Shown: positions 48,961 through 60,087 of the stretch, piece by piece
Numbering within the stretch: the stretch's first letter is position 1
Layout: each line of letters opens with the position of its first letter
Assembly: GCA_965203295.1 (NCBI GenBank)
Contig: CBDBCZ010000010.1
Span: 352,001-416,000, forward strand
Direction: 5' to 3'
Source: Nitrospirales bacterium
GTDB taxonomy: Bacteria > Nitrospirota > Nitrospiria > Nitrospirales > UBA8639
Length of the DNA: 64,000 nt
Position numbers and translations under genes: made by a program
Notes under the pieces: generated by a model
What the model was told of the DNA's origin: nothing
The model's input: the letters and a program-made list of their open reading frames with translations, nothing else
Database searches by the model: none

Positions 48961-49869
48961 GGCAAGAGGCATTCCTCAAGCTAGATATAGACCAAAATTC
49001 AGGTAGTGCAAGCCAAACGAGCTCCTTTATCATCGGTACAGCTAGCTGAAATTGGCAAAAACCTGGAACAAAATGTCACCTTTTTTTGCAAAGTAAATCA
49101 TCAACTCACAACTACCTTCGTTTGCTGTAGCTTGGCCTTCAAACCTCCAAAAGCTGCTATATACTGCAGTTGCATAGTAATGTATGACGTAACATATTGT
49201 GCGCGTGCTCCGGCTGGTAAAAAAGGTGAAACCAAAGATAGTGAAACATTATGCGAATGTCTCCAAAACTGAATGCTGCTTTGTTTGCCCTTTTAAATCG
49301 TACATGCAGAAGTTGCCCAGCGGATCGCCCAAACAATGCCTTCTATCTGCAGCCTCTCCAGAAACCAACCCCAGATTGCTGGTATTCAGCAAGACTCCTT
49401 GGTCACCACTCCCTAGGGTAAACTGTCGCTCGTCTTTGCAAAACTCCAGGCATTTTTAGGATTCAAAACGAATCATTCACTGCGAGCCACAGCTGCCACC
49501 AGACTTTACCAATCTGGTGTAGACGAATAGCTAGTCATGGAGAGGACTGGCCATCGATGTGTGGAGGGCGTTAGGAGCTACAAAAGAACATCTGATCAGC
49601 AATCTGAGACCCTATTTGACACCTTGAACTGCTCATGTTCACCTTTAACTCGTGTGCATCTGTAACCATTCATCTACAAGTTTAACAAACTAGAATGACT
49701 GCCTACAAACACAGCAAACCAGGAGCATATATTACTGCAATACACAATGACTTTATCTCATGCTATAACAATCATTACAATCACTGTGACAATCAATACT
49801 CTTGGCAAAAACATGTTTGGGGTAGCTAGACAGTCTATACCCTAAAGGATGGTTTCTATAATGCACATA

Positions 49870-50448
49870 CCGTAGACTCGGGATAATAAGCACCGGTGCC
49901 TATTTTCGAAATTAGTAGCCTGAATGGGTGCTTATACTTGTGGGGTACTTTGACTCGCAATATATACAATCGTAGTACGCTCCTTGGAGCACGGTACTAG
50001 CTGACTTTTATACTACACGTATGAATAGGCTTATGGGTTTAGCACAGATTGTCTTATATACTGAGTCTGTGACCACACAGCTGGCAAGAAGCACTCAAAC
50101 TACTGTGAAGAAGGCGGTGTTCCTGGACAAGGTGGCCTTAACTTAAATGAATTCAATTGGACTACTGACCTTCTGATCAATCATAGTTGCACGTGGCGCA
50201 CACTTGCACTTTCTAGTTCTATACTGCTCTCAGCTACTAGCTAGTATAGGCAGAGGCTTCCAGCTGTAAAAGGTGCTCTTTTCCTGGTAAGTGCTGCAGG
50301 TATATAGAGGCTATGAGTGCCTATTCATGTAGGGTGCCTATTCTTGTACGGGTGCTGATAATCGGGATATAGTTGTTGTAATCTATTTGGGTATTTATAT
50401 TCATAGGGTGCTTATTTTGTATGGTTGCCTATTATCCCGATTCTACGG
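49870..50448. mobile_element. pogo-type MITE, TA TSD
   Basis: TA|ccgtagactcgggataataagcacc ... gcctattatcccgattctacgg|TA; gggtgcctatt subterminal repeats. Confidence 0.88.
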
Positions 50449-50765
50449 TAGGATTCTATGAGAATGGAAACCGTCTTGCATCGAATCACATTTCAGCATT
50501 TAGTATAGATGTGTTCTAAGATCTGAAATCATCAACAGTTCTGTTGTAAAATTCCTGCCGAGTTAGTGGCACAGTTGTTATTGCAACCACACTACACTAC
50601 TTTATGTGTAGCTGCCTTCATCGTCACATTTGGCGATGAAAAGCTTAGCCACTTTCTGTCACTATTGTGCTGTATAGATTGTAACCAATGGCCCAGTATT
50701 TCTGCAGGGGCTCAAATATATGGTTGCCATTGAATTCTACTTTTGAATACTTTATTACAAGTACA

Positions 50766-52364
50766 CAGTCTCATTCCCAGCCCTATACATTAGAAAGGTG
50801 GTCTGGTTCCCAGTATATTAACCGCAGCATTACTTCACCGGTCCCAGATCTGGACCACAATGTGATTGGCTGATGATAGCTAGTATTATATCACCAAACA
50901 GAATATCCGTAGTGTCCATGTGGATACTGTACCTTAACTGTGACATTCGTTTGGTATTATAACACTGCCCCAATTTTGAATGTACAGGGCACCAGACCAT
51001 AGATAGTAGAGTAGAAGGAAAGGGATTGGAAACTTCATTAACACGTTTGCTATAGTGTACACATTTTATATGTAACTTATGGTGTGCACATGCGTGTTTG
51101 GAATTTCTCACTTCTACGTGTGATTTAAAGCATGAAGCAACCTTATGGTATAGAGGACAAGAGAACTGTCTGAGAAAGGAATTGGGGAGGAGGAAGAGAC
51201 AGAAGTGTTCTTACACTGAATCATGGAGCAGATGAAGTCACAAGAAGGTAGGACATGTGATTTGTGTAGCCATTATGGTTTGTATTGCATCCATAGGGCA
51301 TACACTCAGGTATGAAAGTGAAGGGTTCGGTGTTAGCTGCCATTAGGGAGGCTTTCTGTACCCATAACTACTAGTGGAAGCATAAAATATTATGTTTTAC
51401 TAGATTTTCTGAATCTCCTAGGCATGATATCTGTACTTGGATACAAAAGAGCTGGATTAATTGAGTTTGAGAGAATTTACGGTCACTTTCATGTGAAAAT
51501 ATGGCTACCAATGAGAGGATACTTTCCGTACCTCTTGATGCCCCTACAATAGCATTGGGGTACAGTTTTCCACATTTTTCACAACTTCCATTGTAGTTAT
51601 CTGTACTTCAGTAGGAAATTGCTTGGTTCCACTGGCATACATGGAATTACACCACTCTACATCTACCACGCTCGAAGCTAGTCCAGTTGTACTCACATAA
51701 TGCCTATATGTTGTGCTATGCAATAGTTCAGTATTTTGGCCATTACACACAATCAACTTAACTCTTTCTGCTCTTTTACTGTCAGATGCCAAATTAATTC
51801 ATCGAAAGAGGTATTACCTGAAGTCTACAGCTCCACCGCAGACCTTATAGTCTCCATCCCACTCGAGAAACTCAGTTCTCCATGCAGTTGGTAGCTTGAT
51901 AGTATCAATTCCATTGACCCAGTACTAGCAAGTCAGAGTTCAAGCTATTACCAGTCTAAATGACAGTGCTACTACTACCCATGCACTGAAACAGAGCTAG
52001 GCCCATGGTCCTGGAACAAATCAGGAGTTTGTCTTGGAAATTATATGGAAACGACAAAGTGCCTGAAAGTGTCTGATGCCCTGACATAGTCTGTGACTGT
52101 TTTCGACAAAGAAACACTAATAGAAGTACTAGATGTACATGTATAATTTTGATTTGTAATATGGCTGTTGAATAAGACTGACTATATATATATGAGCTAC
52201 ATCATTAGGAATAGGTTTAGTTACAAGTACATGAAGCCACGCAGTTACAAACACGCATAGAAAGTGTTAATTAGGTGTGAACGGGTAGTTTCCAATCCCT
52301 TTCCTTCTACTCTACTATCTATGACCAGACCCACCTTTCTGACGTTGACCTTGGCACGAGACTA
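50766..52364. mobile_element. Old MITE of the MULE TAG..CTA family, interrupted by a P-like element
   Basis: Ends resemble the TIR of 9389-15656 (cagtctcattcccagccc..ttagaaaggtggtctgg / ccagacccacctttct..ggcacgagacta); degenerate 9-bp TSD acaagtaca / tccagtaca. Confidence 0.6.
50998..52323. mobile_element. Non-autonomous P-superfamily-like element (1326 bp), 7-bp TSD
   Basis: ACCAGAC|catagatagtagagtagaaggaaagggattggaaact ... perfect 37-bp inverse |ACCAGAC. Confidence 0.88.
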
Positions 52365-53531
52365 TCCAGTACAACGACCCTGTACAAACCTCAAAGCAAC
52401 TACTTTTTGATTTGGCCATGACCTTTTCCTTACAAAGTTTACAATCAGGTGTTTTTAGATTATAAGAAATTGAACATTGCTAATAAAAATGATCAACTCA
52501 CTCCTACCCACCATTTTACACCAAATCAGAAGACATAAGACTCAAATTCAGCGTTTACACTTGTGTTACAGTAAACGTGGTAAGCACACTTCAAAACTAA
52601 CAATTAACTGGCTAAACCTGGAGTATTCATAGTGGGTGAACAAGATAAATATGGCCTTTACCAACCATAAGAAACAGCTTAAAGAAGCAGAAAAGCCTGT
52701 ACAAAGTATTAACACCTAATGTGACCGGATTCGCGAAAAGGGACCACATTGTGCAAATATTGATTTTGAGTTATAAAGCATTTTAGTGACCCAGGTATGT
52801 TTTCAGCCAAAGTACGATTTTGGCATGAATGGGTCCACAGGACCTTAGGCTACAAGAAACTGAAGTATGAAGCCTGGCTCTACTGCCATTAGGGCGCTAT
52901 AAGCCCAAACTCACGGCCATATTATCGTAGTAAGTTAGTATACGAAACGCATTGCTTTGTGTGTACTGCGGATTTTGATTTCGTTTGAACGTTTCCGGTG
53001 CTGATCTCGCGAACAGGAAAGCACAAGCACGTGCTGTGCACTAGCTCTAACAAGCAGCACTCAAACTCGCGCTCGACCTGTCAGATTATTGAGCTTAATA
53101 GTCTACAGCTTCCGGGCGTTTTACTTGTGCAATGCATGGTGGGGACAGCAGTCATATTTTGCCGCCAGCAGCTGGAAACTCCTACTACATTCAAGCGGCA
53201 TCTTCAACTCTTCCGTTGCTCCAGGTAGTTTAGATCTTGTGGACGGTGCTGGCCTATAGTACTAGAAACCTGAATATACGTATCTTCATAAGCAAGACCT
53301 ACTGCACTGGCAATGGTGTGACATAAATGAATTAATGACTTCGTAGAATTAACATTTTCTTGTACAGTGTGCCATGAAGAGTACAGCTATTAATGTTGCT
53401 TACCAGTTGCCTGTTGTTGACCTTACTCGGCAACAGTGCCCACACTCAGTTCTCAGAAAGCTAAGGCATATTTTTATTCACTGAACATTGTAAATCGTAA
53501 GAAGGCGGAGTTTGTTGTTCAGACGCTTTGA

Positions 53532-54784
53532 ATGAATGACCAATTTGCATTGCTTGATAATTTAAAGGCCAAGTTGAAGGATGAGTGCAAAGACAAAGTA
53601 GCTGCCAAGATTGACCAGTTCGGGTATATTGAACCATGGCATGGCCTTAGAGGTAAACAAAGGTGGCTTGACAGTGATGAAGATTTAGAGGAAATGTATG
53701 TGAAATTCCGTGGAAAGGAGATCACATTATGGTGTTTCGGAAAAGATGAAACCCCCATAAATGACCACACTCACCTGATAAGAAAAACCAGTCTAAAAAG
53801 TACCTCAATCTGGTCGTTATGAGTTTACTAGAAAAATGACTGAGGTGGAATATATAGAGCTGAAACAGTGGGAAAAGCATGAAGGACAATATACGGAAGA
53901 GCAGTTAACTCATTGCACGCCGTAATTACGTCACGCGCGTGATGCTCCACGCTATAATTTCTACAATAATGGCGTACTAAAAGTTTTAGCTCAGTGTTTG
54001 GCTATTTTTGTGCTTACCAAGTCAAGTATCCAGCGAATTCTGCGTTCTACTTGTTAGAAGACTATCGGATACAGCCATTGAAGGCAAAAAGGGCGGCGGA
54101 TTGGATCCAAGAAGGGCTTCAGGAGCGATAACCGGATACACGGTAAGTTCGATACGAAACTGTTGTCTTCACGCTCAGGCGGCAAAGAACGATGGTCCTA
54201 CTGAAGCTCCCGACTCTCCCCTGAACCAGTTACTATCGTATCCGCCAGTGAAGTTGACTACAGAGCCCAACTAACTGCGTAGCAATGTAGGTAGCCATAG
54301 CTAGCCGTCTTGATCGGTTGTATATTTTGCCGTATATATCCGTTCTATTACAGATTAGATCGACTTTCGGCACACTTACATCATTATTAGTAATCACTCT
54401 ATTCAATTTTATGGCTAATAAAGGAAGGGGTTGCCCCTCCTGGCCGTACAGATAACTTGCCGTTTCTAAAGCCACTATAAAGCCACTATAGTGGCTTGTG
54501 GCGTAGCGGAAGGATTACGTAATATCCAGTTAAGTGGCGTACGGCGTGCAATGAGTTAAGGGCATGGGCTCATCTTGTTCAACTTGAAAAACACACTTTT
54601 ATGGACGTCCCTGCCGATAGACCTTTTTGGAGAGCCTTCTCCTGGAAAATGTGTCCAGATGTGGGGTCAGTGTGTTGACAAGCTCCTGAAATGGCACGAA
54701 TTACTTGAAAAAGGGGGCATTAATCAGCGACAGTACGATGATATAAAGGCTACAGTAATGACCCAGATACACAACAAGCATTAA
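53532..54784 (+). pseudogene. Uncharacterised gene (PB1-like N-terminus, SHOCT-like C-terminus), split by a MITE; convergent with IS630/Tc1-like transposase
   Basis: GYIEPWHGLRGKQRWLDSDEDLEEMY..ITLWC; empty site rejoins EGQYTEEQL-RAWAHLVQLEKH; C-terminal LLKWHELLEKGGINQRQYDDIK; paralog at 57540-58200. Confidence 0.65.
53909..54555 (+). mobile_element. Complete piggyBac-type MITE, CTCATTGC family (647 bp)
   Basis: TTAA both sides; perfect 16-bp TIR ctcattgcacgccgta. Confidence 0.95.
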
Positions 54785-54904
54785 TAAACTTTTCAACATA
54801 GTCGTGCAGTGAAATAATTATACATATCGTGGTGAAAGTTAGTAATGATTGTACTACCATGTGTTGGCAATATTGACACTGTGATAACTCAGTGTATTCA
54901 ATGT

Positions 54905-56350
54905 TTATGTATACCCAGAGTCTGAAATCCATGCGTTGCAATGTTCTGAGGTTATAGCATCAAATCCTGCTTTAACCAATGCACAGGGGTTAGGAAATGC
55001 ATCTCTGATGTCTTCATGTTTCTTGAGGTAGCTTTTAACATACCCAAACACGCACTCAGTTGGATTGTAAACTGGGCTATATAGAGGCAGGAATAGTAGT
55101 AGAATGCCTGCTTCTTGAAACAATGTAGTAACAGCTGCAACATGACATATCGAACAGTTGTCCATGATAGCAACTGACATGGGACTGCAGCCATGTTGCA
55201 TCTGAGGGATCAATGTTCCTCGTACAAGTCAAAAAATATATCTCCATTTACAGTCCCAGTTGTGAATTCAATGTCTTAGATTCCTTCACATGACATAGCA
55301 GCTATACCGTCTGTATTCTATTATTACGCAAGAAATTGTGATTCTAGGAATTTATCATGAATCTAATGTAGCGCAAGTCCATCATTAATTATTTTAAGCT
55401 GAATCCAATCTAACGCAAGAGGTGTACAACTCCAGGAAATATACTTTGTAAATTGCATTATAAACTATTAGCTAAAACAACTGTTACTCAGTGAAGTCAC
55501 AAATCCTCTGAGTCTTCACTAAATGGCTCTTCTGAGTCTTCCGGGTCTTGCCACCTATCAAAATTCTGGTGAAACCTCAAGCTTACCTCTTGAAAAAACT
55601 TGCTTCTTTCAAAGTGACTAAACCACTCATTTACAACGCATGATCTATAATCTAGCGCAAGAAATTCTATTGCAGGATTTTTCAATGGATCTAATTTAGT
55701 GCAAACAAAACTGAAATTAATTTATTTGCTTGCGTAATAATAGAATAAAGACGGTAACTGAAATTCTTTGGCCTCGCACCAGTAGAACCCTGCTGACTGT
55801 TCTTTCGCCACAAATGAAATGGCCGTAGGTTCGCAGGCAATCCTTGCTATTACACCCCCTCTCATCAATCCAAACCAGCATATCCCTATTTAAGAATATA
55901 ACATCAGCTATGAATTTTCCTTGAAGATTATCATTCCTTTGACTGGCTACATGCTGGATTCGTTTTCTTGTAAATCCATACCTTGAAAGTAGTTTACACA
56001 GAGGTGATACAGACACCTCTGTACCACTAATCTCCTGTATCTTACTGCACATTTCACTAAGCTGCATGGTTGGATTGGCAAAGACTAGCCCCACAACATA
56101 CAGTTCATGGTGATCATTCGTCTTCCTCAGTTCCTTTCTTTTTGGAGCTGGTTTGGATTTACCTCACCAGTATCTTCAAACCTCTTGAAAATATTGTGAG
56201 CTGTGCCAGCAGACAAGCTCAAGTTAGAAGCAATGGCTCTTAGGGTCAGATGAAGTGCAAGGCGCTGCCAGACAACTGTCCACCTTAGGTCAACAGAGTT
56301 AGCAGTCTTTCTTCCAGGTTTTTTCGACCTGACTTTGAATTTCCCGCGCT
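54905..56350 (-). pseudogene. IS630/Tc1-like DDE transposase, decayed, split by a MITE
   Basis: HTH (LRAIASNLSLSAGTAHNIFKRF), LVWIDERG, IMDNCSICH, FLPLYSPVYNPTECVF; empty site rejoins QRISV-IAAMS. Confidence 0.88.
55307..55754. mobile_element. TA-flanked MITE (448 bp)
   Basis: TIR ccgtctgtattctattattacgcaag / ccgtctttattctattattacgcaag (25/26); TA both sides. Confidence 0.92.
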
Positions 56351-57539
56351 GATCGGTCGCACCATCCACAATTAATTGCATAAAACCATACGCAGAACAG
56401 AACGCGGAAGACAGATACCAGATACCGTGTTCAATTGGAATCAAAATCAGCAGTACTAGACGCTGTTACAGCAAGCGGTACCTTTTTACACAGTCTGCTT
56501 AGCATCCTTCATCTCTCTCTTCTCTCTTCAACATACCAGAGTCTCCGTTTGCCGTAAGTAAGGCGGCTAGGTGGGTGAAGCTACGTACTAAGTGCATTCA
56601 TGATACGGATAGTACACGGAAGTACGAAATACCATATATAGCAACGTCAAACCTTGTGATTACGCGAAACATTAGTTTTCGTACTGTGTTAGCGTTTCGG
56701 GCTGTATCTCGGGAACTGAGAGTCCGATCGACACCAAATTTCGAAGACAAACCCGCCAGAAGGTAAACTGAGGCGTAACTCGAAATCGGTATCTGTGGTT
56801 AGTTTAATAGTGTAGGAGGCTAATCAACTTCAGTGCAAAATATTTTGACCCATAAAAAAATAATGGTGTCTAACCCTGGCTCTGTGATGACGCAACCATT
56901 CCATTTCAGAACTTACAACTGAAAGACGCACTAATCTTCTCTGGACTTAGACGGAGCAGTGCAACTCTGTTGAGTGATCGTACACGACTAAGAGCCACAT
57001 AAGCAATCCCTTACTCAGACACATGTGGCCCCAGTCAATCACTGCAGCAGCTAAAGCATCAGCTGCTACAGGTTTAGCTACTGACGTTGACTAGCAATGG
57101 ACTCGACTAGCAATCCCCACGATGTCCCACCACAGAACCTTCCTGGGGATGAATATATCGCTCTGGTTACTGGGACTACTCCTACTGCAGCCGGATGAGT
57201 TTACCCCCATGGCAGTGCGCACTTCAAGGAATGGCAGACCAGGCTGAGCCAGAGTGTATTGAAATCGATGTAAGTTGACAAACGACTAATTCCAATTAAT
57301 GCCCACCTACTTAGTTAACATCTCCGTGACCATTATTACCTGCAGTGTGCCTCACAGAAGCTCCATAGCCACTAAAATGAGCATCCCAGGTATCCCTGCT
57401 CGTTATCGCTACTTGGTCGAAGGTGACAACCCTCACTGGAAAAAAAATTTTCATGTAGAGCCACTCAAGAGATCCAACAAGTCTACAGCAATTGATACTA
57501 CGAAAGAAGGGCCGTTAGAGCTTGTAGGAATGAGAGGTG

Positions 57540-58200
57540 GAAGACGTTGGTTATATCTCACCGGGACAGGCAAGCAGAATATTTTGCAAACAGATGATGA
57601 CTTGAATTAGATGTATGAAGAGTACAGAAACAAGCGGGAAATCCTACTGTGGTGCCATGCTATCTCTGAATAAAACCAAGGGAGACTCAACAGAGAAAAA
57701 TAATCTTAAGTCTGGAAAGCATAGTCGATCACTTGGCCATTGTGATACCCAGAGTGCACCTAGCACAAAACGGGAAGCATGCCGACAAAAGATTGATGAT
57801 GTTGAAAGCATTGTTTTAAAGCTCAAGGAGAAACATGATACAAAATACAGCGTTGAACAATTTAGTGCATGGGTACACATGACTCAACTCGGTAATAATT
57901 CTTCCTTTGAAGCTCCTCCCGACCTTCCGTACTTTGTAAAGCGTCGTCAGAGTACAGCAATGCACAGCAGGGCAGTTCATCTTCATCTGTACAACTGGGT
58001 AGCTCATCCTCATCTACACAACAGTCACCAAACCAGACCTGTGATCGTTCTCCTGGTAAACGTATCCACCTTCGCACTGAGTGTAGTAGTCAGCTAGATT
58101 GTTGGCATGCTCTTCTTGAGAAGGGTGGGATTAACCTCAACCGGTACAAAACACTGAAGAAAACTATTTTTAGCGACATGTTTGGAGACTCTCAGAAGTA
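57540..58200 (+). pseudogene. Second decayed copy of the PB1/SHOCT-like accessory gene
   Basis: GTGKQNILQTDDDLN*MYEEY..ILLWC; LKEKHDTKYSVEQFSAWVHMTQLG..PPDLPYF; SPGKRIHLRTECSSQLDCWHALLEKGGI. Confidence 0.65.
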
Positions 58201-58713
58201 GCTATAACGATAGACCTAACCCTAGCTACAGACCTCTTCTGGAGATGACAAGTATTATGCAGTCGGTTGGTTTCACTGAAAGAGTTCAGCTGCTTTCTTG
58301 CATACGCCACTCAGCCACATGTATGACGACTGATCAGGGTGCAGAGGAACGATGTCTTAACCCAAACTGAACTTGTTCATTTAGAAACCACACCTTATGA
58401 TGCGAAGATACCCATTGAGGTGTCTCCTGCAGTCCAGTGATATGTGCCACCACTATCTTTTCTTTATTTATTGAAGTGGTACCTGCTGCGCCCTTTGTGA
58501 AAGTGTCAATTTGTTCTTTATGTTATGTACCCAACTCCTTGTCGCTGAAATTCACCCGTGGACTGTTGGTATGGAGCAATAATTATGCGGATGAATATTT
58601 GCCATTTCTTCTTTCCTCCATTTACATCATCCTGGGTGAAGTAGACTTTGCTTACCCACTACCACCCATAAGAAACAGCTTGAAGAAGCAGAATTGCCTG
58701 TACTAAGTATTAA

Positions 58714-58989
58714 CTCATTGCATGCCACGGGCCACTTTATTGGCCTTTACTAACGCTTCCGCTACGCCACGGGCCATTAAAGTGGCCTTAGAAACGGCAA
58801 GTTCATTTAGCGGCCAGGAGGGGAAACCCCTTCCTTTATTAGCCATAAAATTGAGTGCAGTGATTACTAATAGTGATGTAACTGTGCCGAAAATCGGTCT
58901 ACTCAGTAATAGAACGGATATACACGGCAAAATATACAACCGATCAAGACGATTAGCTACGGCTACCTACACTGCTACACAGTTAGTTA
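58714..58989 (-). mobile_element. CTCATTGC-family MITE end, cut by the next element
   Basis: TTAA|ctcattgcatgccacgggccac; reverse complement of 1422-1698. Confidence 0.88.
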
Positions 58990-59960
58990 CCCGTGCAAAA
59001 AATTTCACGACGAAGAGCGCTGTAGCGTGCTTCCTGCGCTTGGGCATGCAACGGCGCAGCAAAGCGGCTTCGGGCGTAACGCGGCAGCGCACACGCTTTG
59101 AAGCGCGACGCGCAGGGCGTGATGCACCGGCGCCGGCGCGCGCCCGAGGCACGGTACGTCGGCGCCAAGGCGCGATTTGGTAGGCGCGCTCCTAACTAGT
59201 ACTAAGGCGCAGCTTGGCAGGCACGTACATGTACGGATAACGAGTCAATACCAAGAACTGAAAAAGTCAATCACAAGAAATCTTGCACGGAAAGAGGACA
59301 ACATACGTTTTACAACGAACATCAGTACAAACACACTTATAAGAAATGCTCTCTGCTTTTATGACAGTAGCTATACTACATCTTGTGACAACAGGATATA
59401 TAATACCATTTAAAATACTAAAATCAAGTGGCAATTGAAAATGTTCAACAGCCTGTTCAGTTTTAAATTCATTAATGGTAGCAAATGGTATGCCATTAAT
59501 AACAAAAAAGAATATAATCTCTCCAAAACGTAGCTGCTCAGTAGTTATACTGTTGTAAGCAACTGTATAACTATTTCGTTTTTTGACTCGCCCATACTTC
59601 CGGGAATAAAAAATTTCTGTGCAGAGTTGTAAGCGATAGAATACTTGTATTGTGCTAGGAACTCCTTGAATACCATGCCTATTGAGTTGCATTCTCATAG
59701 TGGATGTCACTTGAATGATGGAAACACCACCGACAATTGAGCATGCAGTATTGGGGATAATTTGTTTCTTCAACCTGTGAATGGAAAGAATGTTAATATG
59801 AAGCAAAACACCTCACAATACACATTGACTGTTGTTCACCTTTTCTGTCCAAAGAGCACATCAGACACTGACCGTATTCTTAAGCTTTTTGCTGGTACTT
59901 TAATTGAGGGAAGAACTTGTGTCATGACATACGAAAAAGCCATCTGCAAATGCAAAACAT
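58990..59960 (-). mobile_element. Probable CACTA/EnSpm-like terminus plus C-terminal transposase fragment (ORF 59267-59806)
   Basis: Sharp junction TA|CCCGTGCAAAAAATTT, GC-rich subterminal repeats, then FYRLQL..FYSRKYGRVKKRNSYTVAY..FGEIIFF, resembling animal CACTA transposase tails. Confidence 0.55.
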
Positions 59961-60087
59961 TATAATTATAAGTATACAATGGACTCGTGGCTGCTAGCTA
60001 TTTATATGTGAAGGTAGTAGCAGTGGCTAACTAGGCAATGGTACCTGGCTATTAACTTTCAAGGCTATCAGGCGCTTGTAGTGAGCA

